NCBI GenBank assembly: GCA_965216755.1 | Contig: CBDCGL010000011.1 | Span: forward strand, 4,704,001 to 4,768,000 | Length of the DNA: 64,000 nt | Source of the DNA: Alphaproteobacteria bacterium | GTDB lineage: Bacteria > Pseudomonadota > Alphaproteobacteria > UBA7887 | Direction: 5' to 3' | In this document: positions 10,399-20,291 of the stretch, in pieces | How positions within the stretch are numbered: the stretch's first letter is position 1 | How the letters are laid out: each line of letters starts with the position of its first letter | Notes under the pieces: generated by a model | What the model saw: the letters and a program-made list of their open reading frames with translations, nothing else | Told to the model about the DNA's origin: nothing | Database searches by the model: none | Position numbers and translations under genes: made by a program

Positions 10399-11694
10399 TT
10401 AGTATTTTGCGGACAGCCAAACCCAAAACTTATCAGTGTCAGTCAAGATGTCATCGGCATTGAAGTGCGCGTATTTGATACCGATCGTAAAATGGTCGAG
10501 AAACTTCTTGGACACCTGCAAATTCAGTTCGGTGCCGTAATGTGCGCTGGTCTCTTCCGCCGAGAAATCATGATAGACTGCGGTGAATTTCGTGCCGCTC
10601 CATAGGTTGCTGCCAGGAATCGCATAATCCGCACGCACATAGAGGTCGTCAATTCCGTTTGCCGGGGTCGTCAGGAACTTATCGGCCCAACCTTGATGCG
10701 CATGTAACGTTGCCAGTGGTGTTTGAAAAGCCGTATTGCCGTCGCCACCGAGACGTTCGAACCCGACTCTAGCACTGGCAGTGTGAAATGACGCGCCCCC
10801 CTCAACCAGGAAATATAGAAAACTATCACTATTGGGGTTATCGGCGTGATCAGATTGCCACGCCACATCTCCGGTATACAGAACTCCAAGTGAATCCGAG
10901 ATCATCTGCTTGCCTGTGAAGCGCCCTCCGAACGTCTTGGATGACAATGCCGGGGCCTCGTCAAAATCGAGAACGTAGCCGTAGCCGACTAGTTTTCCGA
11001 ACGGTAGACCGGTATACGCCGCGTTGACGATGTGACTGTTCGATTCGAAGTCGCCGACACGCGAATCGTCACCAAAAATGCGATTAATGAGCCAAAGATA
11101 ACCGTAGGTGACCTGAAGGTTCGAGAGAGACGTATTGTCTATGCGGATTGCGTCAAAGGTCTGTTCGTTCTGGCGCCACCCGACATTCCCAACGTAACGC
11201 ACATTGTCTAAGAGTATGCGTTGGCGGCCGACTTTGATGGTTGTGTCCTGGATGCTGCTGTTCGAAATCCAATAGCGATTCGCCTCGACGTTGTTTGGAT
11301 CGGCAACAACCGGAAAACCGGCAACACCGTTGACGGTGTCGTTGAATCTGCGGCGCCCGAGTTTGGTCAAGATCTCAGCCTCGGCGAGCGCCCTAAATCC
11401 GCGATAGGTCCCAGTTTCGATGCCAAGGCGCGCCCGCAATGTATGCGCGTTCGCGTCTTCCCCAATGCCGTCTTGGTCGACAAACTCGTACCTGTATCTT
11501 GCATCGACGATGGGTTTGCTTTTCGCGATAGCCATCGCGAAATCATCGTCAGCAATGGCAGCTGATGCCGCGTAGCCGAATGCGATCAAGATCGTTGAGG
11601 CACACAAACCGCAGCGCATCAGCAGGTTCTTCGACATAACACGACCCAGATTTTGAGGATACAATAACGTCAACGCAACATGCATTTTCCGCAC
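10399..11694 (-). CDS. Alginate-export-family outer-membrane porin
   Basis: Signal peptide; RYRYEFVDQ, GRQRI.LDN.RYVGNVGWRQNEQTFDA and FQTPLATLHAHQGWADKF motifs; family often lies beside denitrification genes. Confidence 0.8.
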   Translation of the reverse strand: MRKMHVALTLLYPQNLGRVMSKNLLMRCGLCASTILIAFGYAASAAIADDDFAMAIAKSKPIVDARYRYEFVDQDGIGEDANAHTLRARLGIETGTYRGFRALAEAEILTKLGRRRFNDTVNGVAGFPVVADPNNVEANRYWISNSSIQDTTIKVGRQRILLDNVRYVGNVGWRQNEQTFDAIRIDNTSLSNLQVTYGYLWLINRIFGDDSRVGDFESNSHIVNAAYTGLPFGKLVGYGYVLDFDEAPALSSKTFGGRFTGKQMISDSLGVLYTGDVAWQSDHADNPNSDSFLYFLVEGGASFHTASARVGFERLGGDGNTAFQTPLATLHAHQGWADKFLTTPANGIDDLYVRADYAIPGSNLWSGTKFTAVYHDFSAEETSAHYGTELNLQVSKKFLDHFTIGIKYAHFNADDILTDTDKFWVWLSAKY

Positions 11695-11755
11695 GAAGCG
11701 CTAGGAAAACAAACATCATCTCGCTTATCAATGGCAAGAAATGCCGCGAACCGCA

Positions 11756-11769
11756 TTGACGCAGGTCAA
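11756..11769. promoter_or_regulatory. FNR/DNR/NnrR-type box upstream of the porin
   Basis: TTGAC-GCAG-GTCAA, perfectly palindromic arms. Confidence 0.75.
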
Positions 11770-11828
11770 TCGCGCCGCCACATTGAGTCGCGGCGCGGCA
11801 CATCGGCGAAGAGAGACACGAGGGGTGC

Positions 11829-12629
11829 TCAATTTGATTGTGCGTGCGCCCATTCCCGCAAGGCGCGTTTGTCGGCGATTTGAACTTCGCTGCCCCGGCT
11901 AACCACACCCACCGCGCGTAATTTTGACAGTGCACGCGACAGTGTTTCCGGCTGCATGCCCAATCTGCCGGCGATCAACGTCTTGTCAAGCGGCAGATGC
12001 ACGGTGATCGCGCCTTCGCCGGCTGGGCTGAGCCGCAGTAGAAAGCTGGCCAAGCGAACACTCGCGGAACTCGCCGATATTTGCTCGATCTGGTGAACGA
12101 GGTAGCGTAGCCGCCGCGACAGGGCCGCAAGTATGCTGAAACAGACATCCGGATTCTCGCGCAATACGCGCAAAAACCTGAGTGCCGGGATCACTAGTAG
12201 GCGGGCGTCGGTCACGATCGTTGCGCTGACCGGATATGTGCCGCTGTCGAAAATCGCTGCTTCAGCGAAGGATTCGCCTGGCGCAATGACATTGACAACG
12301 CTCTCGTGACCGCCCGGCGTGCTTCGATACAGTTTCACCCAACCTTCCAAGATGACAAAAAAGCGATCCGCCGCTTCGGATTGGACGAATAGGCTCGTTC
12401 CCGGCGTGTAGGCGGCCGTGTGTGCATCGACCAAGAGCTCACTGATCACCGATTCGTCCACGCCGTGGAACAAGACGATATGCTTGACCCTGTCAAATTC
12501 CTTTGCGTCCAGACCTTTAGGTCCAATGTTTTCGACCACGACTTTGTCCAGTTCTGCGGGCACTTTGGTACCGAAACATATTACACGCCACGGCCAAGCC
12601 GGAAAATATTCGGCCTGACCATCACGCAT
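11829..12629 (-). CDS. Crp/Fnr-family regulator, DNR/NnrR-like
   Basis: cNMP-like domain (GWVKLYR, PGESFAEAA), HTH GMQPETLSRAL; no N-terminal FNR Cys cluster. Confidence 0.9.
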   Translation of the reverse strand: MRDGQAEYFPAWPWRVICFGTKVPAELDKVVVENIGPKGLDAKEFDRVKHIVLFHGVDESVISELLVDAHTAAYTPGTSLFVQSEAADRFFVILEGWVKLYRSTPGGHESVVNVIAPGESFAEAAIFDSGTYPVSATIVTDARLLVIPALRFLRVLRENPDVCFSILAALSRRLRYLVHQIEQISASSASVRLASFLLRLSPAGEGAITVHLPLDKTLIAGRLGMQPETLSRALSKLRAVGVVSRGSEVQIADKRALREWAHAQSN

Positions 12630-12938
12630 AGGCGTTTGTTCCGTTCTGGACAGGGTCAGGAAACTGACGACAAGCTTGGATGAAAAAGAAGGTGGAAGGG
12701 GGACTCAGACGTGCTCCGATGGCCGTTGAGAACCGCACCTACGCTGCCAAATCCCGCCGAAAGTTGATATGGCTCACGCCTTGCCTAGGCGATTTATTTG
12801 GGACCACGGTTGAAGCTGATCTCTGCTTTCAGAGCGGTCTTTGTTCAAGCGATTTTGTTTAGCTCGCGGTTGATCTAAGATCGATGCCACGGCAGCCGCG
12901 CATGTATGTCAAGGTCGGGCGCCGCGCCGCGTGTTTGA

Positions 12939-13139
12939 ATGAGGTTTGAGGTGCAGGCGGTTTATTTCACACTCGTCGGCATTGCGCTTTACGTCTTCTC
13001 CGATTGGGTCTTGCGGCGAATCGAGGCCCGCGTAGGACATGTCCTCGAACATCGGAGCATCGTTTTTTTTGGCATCTTGTTGACATCTGCATTGATAACT
13101 TTTGCCGCCATCCGGGTCATGACGGCGCCCGCCGCATAA
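12939..13139 (+). CDS. Small two-TM membrane protein
   Basis: 66 aa, two hydrophobic helices flanking SDWVLRRIE...HRS. Confidence 0.6.
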   Translation: MRFEVQAVYFTLVGIALYVFSDWVLRRIEARVGHVLEHRSIVFFGILLTSALITFAAIRVMTAPAA

Positions 13140-13296
13140 GGGATTGCCGGGTCGGGGCCGGTGACCCCGAAAAAGTCGAATCAACCTTTCGGCCGCTGTA
13201 TTTCAGGCGTCGGCTTTTTTCTTCCATCGCAAACGCGCAAAACCGCGGTTAATTGGCCCTGTTTGCGTATGCCTTATGGCGGGTGCGCGGTCTCGA

Positions 13297-13310
13297 TTGA
13301 CCAAAGTCAA
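13297..13310. promoter_or_regulatory. FNR/DNR/NnrR-type box upstream of the eNOR operon
   Basis: TTGAC-CAAA-GTCAA about 110 bp before the first gene. Confidence 0.8.
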
Positions 13311-13419
13311 GGATCGGCCGACCGGATCTTCGTTCTCATAGGTCGTTGGTCGATCAAAGATTCACGCGCCCCTTGCCGGCGTCGCCTGGCGGTGGCGCAA
13401 CAACGAAGGGGGAATCGAG

Positions 13420-13596
13420 ATGGCCGAAGGGTCTAAACCGGAAAATGCTGATGCTGGCGATGATGGGCAAATTCCGGTCATGCAGCGGGTCCTCGACAAT
13501 CCGTTCTTGTTGCTTTTTATGGGCGTCGCGACTCCAGCGGTGCTGTACCTGATGTGGGGCATCATGGAAGTCGCCAACATTCCGATCGCGAAGTAA
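13420..13596 (+). CDS. 58-aa single-TM protein, probable small subunit of the heme-copper enzyme (not in the ORF track)
   Basis: Manual translation MAEGSKPENADAGDDGQIPVMQRVLDNPFLLLFMGVATPAVLYLMWGIMEVANIPIAK; RBS GAAGGGGGA; directly before subunit II. Confidence 0.75.
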   Translation: MAEGSKPENADAGDDGQIPVMQRVLDNPFLLLFMGVATPAVLYLMWGIMEVANIPIAK

Positions 13597-13635
13597 TTGT
13601 CGGCAGTTTAGGGCGGTTGAAGGGGAGAGGCGCGC

Positions 13636-14175
13636 ATGGCTGTTCATCCTCCTGAAGATAAGCTCTGGTGGAAAGAGCCTCTTCACGGCGTCGAGAGAAC
13701 GTGGATCACGGTCGCGTTTCTGTGGGGCGTCGTGATGTTTGGCACGATGATCTATTGGCACATTAGCGGCGAGCAGAATCTCTCGAGCGAGGCGTATCGA
13801 ATCGACCCGCTTGTGTTCGCCGAAAAAGCCGAAGCCATGGCGGATGCGTACACTGTCCGCGAAGAGGGCGATACCGGCGTGCCGGTCGTGCACCCGCCAC
13901 CAGGCGACGACATCTATTTGATCGCGCGGCTGTGGGAGTGGTGGCCAGTGCTAGAGCTTGAAAAAGACCAAAGCTATCGGTTGCATTTGTCGTCGATGGA
14001 CTGGCAGCACGGGTTCTCACTGCAGCCGACGAACGTGAATATACAGGTACATCCCAACTACGACCTGGTCATGACCATTACGCCGAGCGAATCAGGCGAA
14101 TTTGGGATCGTCTGCAACGAGTTCTGTGGAATCGGGCATCACCAGATGGCCGGTAAGATCTATGTGGTTGAGTGA
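13636..14175 (+). CDS. Heme-copper oxidoreductase subunit II (CuA)
   Basis: One TM; HGF and CNEFCGIGHHQM CuA ligands. Confidence 0.93.
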   Translation: MAVHPPEDKLWWKEPLHGVERTWITVAFLWGVVMFGTMIYWHISGEQNLSSEAYRIDPLVFAEKAEAMADAYTVREEGDTGVPVVHPPPGDDIYLIARLWEWWPVLELEKDQSYRLHLSSMDWQHGFSLQPTNVNIQVHPNYDLVMTITPSESGEFGIVCNEFCGIGHHQMAGKIYVVE

Positions 14176-14219
14176 CGACGTTCTCGAATGACGACGACAC
14201 ACTAGGGTGACTGGGGGAG

Positions 14220-15923
14220 GTGGCGATGGCCAACACCGCGCAATTTCGGACCTGCCCGGAGACGGGTCTGAAAGTTCATTTGAGTGCAGAGTCGCTGATT
14301 AAGGCCAATGCGGTTGTTGCCGTCATTTTTCTTGCTCTCGGCGGCCTGTTTGGGATTTTGGTTGCGCTCACAAGGTGGCCGGCCGTGCATCTATTGCCGG
14401 CTGATCTGTTCTACCTGGCGTTGACCGCACATGGCGCCGATGTCCTGCTGTTTTGGATCATCTTTTTCGAAATCGCCTTGCTGTATTTCGCCTCTGCCAT
14501 TCTGCTCAATTGCCGGTTAGCGACACCTTCGATTGCATGGCTGGCGTTTGTTCTGATGGTGGTGGGCGCGGCCCTGGCCAATATCGCCGTTTTGCAGGGC
14601 GATTCGAGCGTCATGTTCACGTCTTATGTACCGATGCAAGCCGCGCCCCATTTCTATTTGGGGCTCATTTTATTCGCAGTCGGCGCGTTGCTCGGTGTCT
14701 TCGTGTTTTTCGGAACCTTGGTCATAGCCCGCGCGGAACGCACTTACGAAGGTTCGGTGCCCCTGGTCACGTTTGGAGCATTGACCGCGGCAATCATTGC
14801 GGTGTTCACGATCGTTTCCGGTGCAATCATTTTGATTCCAACTTTCCTTTGGTCGATCGGGTTGATTTCAGACATCGACACTGTGATGTACAAGGTTGTG
14901 TGGTGGGGCATGGGGCACTCCTCGCAACAAATCAACGTGGCCGCCCATGTCGCCGTATGGTACGCGATCGCGGCGCTGGTCCTGGGCGCCAAACCGCTGT
15001 CGGAGAAGGTCAGTCGGTTTGCCTTCTTGATGTACATTCTGTTCTTGCAATTGGCATCGGCCCATCATCTGCTGGCAGAGCCGGGTTTGAGCGCCGAATA
15101 CAAGGTGTTTAACACCAGCTACGCGATCTATTTGGCGGTGCTCGGCAGCATGATTCATGGCTTGAGCGTGCCGGGCGCGATCGAGGCGGCCCAGCGCCGA
15201 CGCGGGTTCACCAACGGGATATTCGAATGGTTGCGCCGTGCGCCTTGGGGCAACCCGGCATTCGCCGGCTTAGCGATTTCAGTCGTGCTCTTTGGTTTTC
15301 TGGGCGGTATTTCCGGCGTCGTGATGGGCACCGAGCAGATCAATCTGTTGATGCACAACACCCTGTACGTGCCGGGTCATTTCCACGCGACGGTCGTCGC
15401 CGGGACGACATTGGCGTTTATGGCTGTGACGTATCTTCTGATCCCATTGATTTTTAGACGCGACGTCATGTTCCCGGGACTGGCGAAGTGGCAGCCCTAT
15501 TTGTTCGGTATTGGGGTCGGCGGGATCTCACTGTTCATGATGGGCGCCGGTACTTTGGGCGTGCCGCGGCGACATTGGGACATCACCTATACGGATGCGG
15601 CGATTAGTTTTGATCACCCGCCGGCGGCGTTTTTGATGATGGGGCTCAATGGCTTGTTCGCCCTATTGGCGACGATCGGCGGCATCGCGTTTATCGTTGT
15701 GGTTGTCTCGTCCGTCTTTTTTGGTCAGCGTCGGGGCGAGGATGAAATCAAGAGCCGGCCGGCGGTACCGCCGGCGGCAACGGAAGCGGTGGCGGGATAT
15801 GGCGATGCCGGCACACTAAAAGTGCCGGGGACAGTGACACTGGTGGCCGTGTTCTTCGTTGCCTTCGTTCTCTACTATTACGTGAACTGGAAGTACTTGT
15901 CCGAAGTGTGGCCATTGAGTTAG
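14220..15923 (+). CDS. Heme-copper oxidoreductase subunit I, eNOR-type nitric oxide reductase
   Basis: His ligands TAHG, GHSSQQ, SAHH, GHFH; the H-x3-Y cross-link Tyr of O2 reductases is Gln (GHSSQQIN); nir gene context. Confidence 0.85.
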   Translation: MAMANTAQFRTCPETGLKVHLSAESLIKANAVVAVIFLALGGLFGILVALTRWPAVHLLPADLFYLALTAHGADVLLFWIIFFEIALLYFASAILLNCRLATPSIAWLAFVLMVVGAALANIAVLQGDSSVMFTSYVPMQAAPHFYLGLILFAVGALLGVFVFFGTLVIARAERTYEGSVPLVTFGALTAAIIAVFTIVSGAIILIPTFLWSIGLISDIDTVMYKVVWWGMGHSSQQINVAAHVAVWYAIAALVLGAKPLSEKVSRFAFLMYILFLQLASAHHLLAEPGLSAEYKVFNTSYAIYLAVLGSMIHGLSVPGAIEAAQRRRGFTNGIFEWLRRAPWGNPAFAGLAISVVLFGFLGGISGVVMGTEQINLLMHNTLYVPGHFHATVVAGTTLAFMAVTYLLIPLIFRRDVMFPGLAKWQPYLFGIGVGGISLFMMGAGTLGVPRRHWDITYTDAAISFDHPPAAFLMMGLNGLFALLATIGGIAFIVVVVSSVFFGQRRGEDEIKSRPAVPPAATEAVAGYGDAGTLKVPGTVTLVAVFFVAFVLYYYVNWKYLSEVWPLS

Positions 15924-15993
15924 CCGTGCGCGCGACGGTGCCGCCGTCGCGACTTCGCCAGCGGGTGGCCTCAAGAGCGCAAACAAGATCCGG

Positions 15994-16869
15994 GTGTTGA
16001 CGATGCGCATTCACATCGCGCGGTTATACGGGGTCCTGAAGCTGCGCATTGGCTTTGCGATCATGCTGTGCACTTTGGCGGGAATCGCGGCAGCATCGGG
16101 GCAGGCACCAAGCGCGTGGGCCGTGACGTTGTTGGCCCTTGCCGTGTTGATGTCTTCGGCGAGTGCCGGTGCATTCAATCAGCTCGTCGAGGCCGATTTG
16201 GATGCGCGCATGGCACGGACCCAACATCGCCCATTTGTTACTGGCGATTTCAAAGCGGGACCAGTATGGCACGGTGCTGTCGCGGTTATGCTGGTAGTTG
16301 CCGTCGCGACAGCGGCCTTGGCGACAAACGGTTGGGCCGCCGGGTATGTTTTTCTGGGCGCGTTCGTGTATGGCGTTGTGTACACGGTCTGGCTGAAACG
16401 GCGGAGCGTTTGGAATATCGTCGTTGGCGGGCTCGCGGGCAGTTTTGCCGTGCTGGCTGGCGCTGCGGCTGTCGATCCAAATTTGGGTGTGGCACCGGTG
16501 GTGCTGGCCATTGTGCTGTTTCTGTGGACGCCGCCGCATTTTTGGTCGTTGGCATCGTATCTCCGCGACGATTACGCGGCCGCCGGCGTACCCATGTTGC
16601 CCGTTGTTGCCGGGATGCCGGTAACGGCGTGGGTGACTCTGGGTCACACCTTGGCTTTGGTGGGATTGTCAATCATTCCGTTTTGGTACGGCATGGGATG
16701 GCTCTACCTTGCCGGCGCCATATCAGGCGGCTGCTTGTTTCTGTATACCAGTATTCGTTTTGTTCGAGATCCAGTGGCGTCCGCTGCAATGGTCAATTTC
16801 CGCGCCTCATTGGTTCAACTAAGTCTGCTGCTGGTTGGCACTTTGGCAGATCGCTTGGTCCTCGGATGA
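15994..16869 (+). CDS. ctaB: Protoheme IX farnesyltransferase (heme o synthase)
   Basis: NQLVEADLDARMART.HRP, YTVWLKRR, FLWTPPHFW, DY.AAGVPMLPV. Confidence 0.93.
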   Translation: MLTMRIHIARLYGVLKLRIGFAIMLCTLAGIAAASGQAPSAWAVTLLALAVLMSSASAGAFNQLVEADLDARMARTQHRPFVTGDFKAGPVWHGAVAVMLVVAVATAALATNGWAAGYVFLGAFVYGVVYTVWLKRRSVWNIVVGGLAGSFAVLAGAAAVDPNLGVAPVVLAIVLFLWTPPHFWSLASYLRDDYAAAGVPMLPVVAGMPVTAWVTLGHTLALVGLSIIPFWYGMGWLYLAGAISGGCLFLYTSIRFVRDPVASAAMVNFRASLVQLSLLLVGTLADRLVLG

Positions 16870-17722
16870 TGTGGTCGGCACGGCAACTGGGGCCCAGGTG
16901 CTTAGGCTAGTATTCGCGATCACCTTACTCGGTGTGACCGGTAGCGGCGCCTGGGCGAAGGCGGGGACGCCGGTCGCCAGCCAAGATGTGGTGCTCGATC
17001 CCGAAGCTGCGCTGGCGTCGAGTCAGGCCGCTATCGGGCGGCTGGTATCCGACTTCGAGTTTCTGGATGCGGACAGCAAACCGATCAGTCTGGGGGATTT
17101 TCGCGGCCGGCCATTGGTTATCAATCTTGTCTACACGGGGTGTGCGCACACTTGCCCATTGATTGTGCAAAGCCTCTATCACGCGATTGATGTGGGCCAA
17201 GAAGCACTGGGCGCGGATGGTTTCGAAACCGTGACGATCGGTTTTGATACCAACGCCGATACGCCATCGCGAATGAAGGAATTCGCGCGTAGTCAAGGGG
17301 TTGATCTTCCTGGGTGGCATTTCCTGAGCGGTGACCGTCAAACGATCGATTCTCTGACAGCGCAACTCGGGTTTGCATTCATGCCGCTGAGCGGCGGATT
17401 TGATCATCTTGCGCAGACAACCATTCTGGATGAGAACGGTCGCGTCTATCGACATGTCTATGGTTCAGATTTCGGCGCACCGCACGTTGTCGAACCCCTT
17501 AAGGAACTGATCTTTGGACGGCGGGCCGATTTGGTATCGTTCACGGGACTGGTCAATCAAATCAAGCTTTTCTGCACGATATACAGTCCCGGCAGCGAAC
17601 GTTATCGTTTCGACTATTCGGTTTTTGTCGGTGCGTTGATTGGCTTTTTGTGTCTCGCCGGGATCGCCATTGTGTTGGTCCGCAGTTGGCTGCGAGACTG
17701 GCGCGCGAGGTCTCAAGCGTGA
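16835..17722 (+). CDS. SCO1/SenC-family copper chaperone (start probably further downstream)
   Basis: YTGCAHTCP (CxxxC), FDH, C-terminal TM. Confidence 0.88.
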   Translation: MALWQIAWSSDDVVGTATGAQVLRLVFAITLLGVTGSGAWAKAGTPVASQDVVLDPEAALASSQAAIGRLVSDFEFLDADSKPISLGDFRGRPLVINLVYTGCAHTCPLIVQSLYHAIDVGQEALGADGFETVTIGFDTNADTPSRMKEFARSQGVDLPGWHFLSGDRQTIDSLTAQLGFAFMPLSGGFDHLAQTTILDENGRVYRHVYGSDFGAPHVVEPLKELIFGRRADLVSFTGLVNQIKLFCTIYSPGSERYRFDYSVFVGALIGFLCLAGIAIVLVRSWLRDWRARSQA

Positions 17723-17780
17723 TGCGCGGGCACCCCAACCCTTGCCGTTGGTTTGCCACAACGGGGGCCATCACTGACGC

Positions 17781-19340
17781 ATGAATAGTTTAAAACGTGG
17801 TCTCCGGATGGGCTTCGAGCCGGTCGAAAGCGCATTCGATCGCATTTTTTCGCCCGCGTGGAATCCATTCTATCATCTGGGCGCGCTCGGATTCTTTTAC
17901 TACTGGATTGTCGCGATCAGCGGCATCTATGTATATCTTTTTTTCGATACGGGGACAGAGGCGGCGTACGCATCGGTGGAGTTCATCACCAATGCGCAGC
18001 GATATCATGCGGGCATTATGCGCAGCCTGCACCGCTACGCGTCTGATGGCCTGGTGCTTATGATGGCGATCCACATGGTGCGCGAGTTCTCGCTGGATCG
18101 TCTGCGCGGCGCGCGCTGGTTCACCTGGGTGACCGGGCTGCCGGTTCTATGGCTGGTCGTCGCGTCGGGCATTACCGGTTATTGGCTGGTGTGGGACAAA
18201 CTGGCCCAGTATGTGGCGATCGCGACAACGGAATGGCTGGACTGGTTGCCATTTTTTGGCGAGCCCATTGCGCGAAATTTTCTGTCGGTTGCGAGTTTGG
18301 ATAGCCGCTTTTTTACTTTGTTGATCTTCATTCACATCGCTGTGCCGTTGATCCTGTTGTTCGTTCTTTGGATCCATTTGCAGCGGGTCAGTCGGCCGGC
18401 GATTCATCCGCCGCGCGGGCTTGCCCTTGGCACTCTCGCCATGCTGGTGGTCCTGTCACTGTTCAAGCCGGCGACAAGCCACGGACCCGCAAATCTGGCT
18501 GAAGTGCCGGTGGTTGTTCAGCTGGACTGGTTCTATCTGGGATTCTACCCACTGCAAGAAATCTGGGGTTCCGGCGCCTTGTGGGGATTGGTCGGGATTC
18601 TGAGCCTGACCGTGGCCGCGCTGCCGTGGATGCCGTCGATGCGCCGGCCCGCGCCGGCTAAGGTGGATTTGGAGAACTGCAATGGTTGTCGGCGGTGTGT
18701 CGACGATTGCCCCTATTTTGCCGTGGCCATGCAACCGCGAAGCGACGGCAAGCCGTTTGACGCGGAAGCCGTTGTTAACCCGGATTTGTGCGTTTCCTGT
18801 GGCATTTGCGCCGGCGCGTGCCCGACCTCGACGCCGTTTCGACGCGCACAAGACCTTTCGCCAGGCATCGAATTGCCGGATGACCGCTTGGCCGATCTGC
18901 GTGCGCGCATTGAAACTGCGGTGGGTGCGCCAAATGCGCGGCGCGTGATCACGTTTGCATGCGATCACGGCGCGAATCCAAAGTCGGTTCAACATCCTAG
19001 CGCGGCGGTCGTGCGCGTGCCGTGCGTCGGAATGGTCCCGCCATCATTTATCGACTTTGTACTCAGTCGCGGCATCGGTGGCGGCGCCGTCTTGGCCGGA
19101 TGCCACGAAGGTGAGTGCTACCATCGTTTCGGTGCGCAATGGACTGCCGATCGGTTGGACCGAAAACGCGATCCCTATCTTCGGGCGCGCGTGGACGACC
19201 GCCGGGTCATGCGGCTTGGCGCCGGTCCGCGCGATCACCGTCACGTCGAAACCCTGATTGGCACGTTTGTATCGGAACTCGAGGCGCTGGATGCCGTCGC
19301 CGAGAAAGATGCCGAAATGACGGCGCGCGAGGCGGTCTGA
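17781..19340 (+). CDS. Cytochrome b(N)-2x[4Fe-4S]-MvhD/FlpD-like fusion protein
   Basis: RSLHRY, IHM and IHI..HL heme b His; CNGCRRCVDDCP and CVSCGICAGACP; VPCVG...GCHEGECY. Confidence 0.85.
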   Translation: MNSLKRGLRMGFEPVESAFDRIFSPAWNPFYHLGALGFFYYWIVAISGIYVYLFFDTGTEAAYASVEFITNAQRYHAGIMRSLHRYASDGLVLMMAIHMVREFSLDRLRGARWFTWVTGLPVLWLVVASGITGYWLVWDKLAQYVAIATTEWLDWLPFFGEPIARNFLSVASLDSRFFTLLIFIHIAVPLILLFVLWIHLQRVSRPAIHPPRGLALGTLAMLVVLSLFKPATSHGPANLAEVPVVVQLDWFYLGFYPLQEIWGSGALWGLVGILSLTVAALPWMPSMRRPAPAKVDLENCNGCRRCVDDCPYFAVAMQPRSDGKPFDAEAVVNPDLCVSCGICAGACPTSTPFRRAQDLSPGIELPDDRLADLRARIETAVGAPNARRVITFACDHGANPKSVQHPSAAVVRVPCVGMVPPSFIDFVLSRGIGGGAVLAGCHEGECYHRFGAQWTADRLDRKRDPYLRARVDDRRVMRLGAGPRDHRHVETLIGTFVSELEALDAVAEKDAEMTAREAV

Positions 19341-19345
19341 TCACC

Positions 19346-19870
19346 ATGTCCTATGCCGTTACCATACGCGATTGGGGGCCACGTCTTCTGGGCCAGGCTG
19401 TTATCTACGCCGGAATTGCTGCGCTTTTCGGGTATTTTTCGACCAGTCCGGCATATGTTCGCCTGGGTCCGGATGAGGCGGTCATCAAGCTCAGCTTTGC
19501 CCACGGAGGCGCCCGTAAAGGCGGGTGCCGGCGATTGAGCGCCGAGGAAATTGCCGCTTTGCCGCCGAACATGCGGCGCCCGCTTGATTGCCCGAGGGAA
19601 CGGGTGCCCGTTTATGTGGAATTGTTGCTGGACGACGAGCCGATTTATCAGGAGTCATTGCCGCCAACCGGATTGGCTGGTGATGGACCATCAAGCGCGT
19701 ATGTCCGGTTTCGGGTCGCGGCCGGCGCCTACACATTAATTGCGCGGTTGCGCGACAGTGATCGTGACACCGGGTTCGATTTCACGTCGGTGAAGCAGGT
19801 TGTGATGGCCCCGGGGCAGAATTTCGTTATCGATTTTCGTGCCGAAACCGGCGGGTTCATTTTCAGGTGA
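19346..19870 (+). CDS. Membrane-anchored hypothetical protein of the eNOR cluster
   Basis: N-terminal TM, CRRL...LPPNMRRPLDCPRER motif; operonic spacing. Confidence 0.7.
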   Translation: MSYAVTIRDWGPRLLGQAVIYAGIAALFGYFSTSPAYVRLGPDEAVIKLSFAHGGARKGGCRRLSAEEIAALPPNMRRPLDCPRERVPVYVELLLDDEPIYQESLPPTGLAGDGPSSAYVRFRVAAGAYTLIARLRDSDRDTGFDFTSVKQVVMAPGQNFVIDFRAETGGFIFR

Positions 19871-19886
19871 CGCGACGAGGTACTTG

Positions 19887-20291
19887 ATGGTTTTGTTAAA
19901 TTGGCGTCGCGAGTACGAAATCGGAATTCCGGCGGTTGACCACGAACACCGCGCATTAATTGATCTGATAAATGAATTGCATGCCAATTTAAAAAAGGGT
20001 GAGAGCGCAGCGAAAATCAGCGATTTTTTGGGCGATGTCTTTGCGGCCATTTCGGCCCATTTTGCCCTGGAGGAACGGGTGATGCGCGAACATGCCTATG
20101 ATGGCTTTGACGCCCATAAGGCCGAGCATGAGCAACTTCTAGACGATATTCGCGACGTGATGGATCGCCATGAGAACGGCGATTATGCCGATTCGGATCA
20201 AGAGTTGGCTGAGCACTTACGTTCTTGGTTTCTGGGCCATTTCTCGACGCTCGACGCGCGCCTGCATAAAGCGCTCGGCGATCATTTTTAG
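19887..20291 (+). CDS. Bacteriohemerythrin
   Basis: W...YEIG...VD.EH, HF..EE..M, H..EH, W...H....D. Confidence 0.92.
   Translation: MVLLNWRREYEIGIPAVDHEHRALIDLINELHANLKKGESAAKISDFLGDVFAAISAHFALEERVMREHAYDGFDAHKAEHEQLLDDIRDVMDRHENGDYADSDQELAEHLRSWFLGHFSTLDARLHKALGDHF

Noticed and set aside
12870-12912. Additional FNR-like boxes near the small membrane gene
   Set aside because: Only half-sites or wrong spacing
13636-15923. Ordinary cytochrome c oxidase (coxBA/cbaAB)
   Set aside because: The cross-linking Tyr needed for O2 reduction is replaced by Gln, and the context is denitrification
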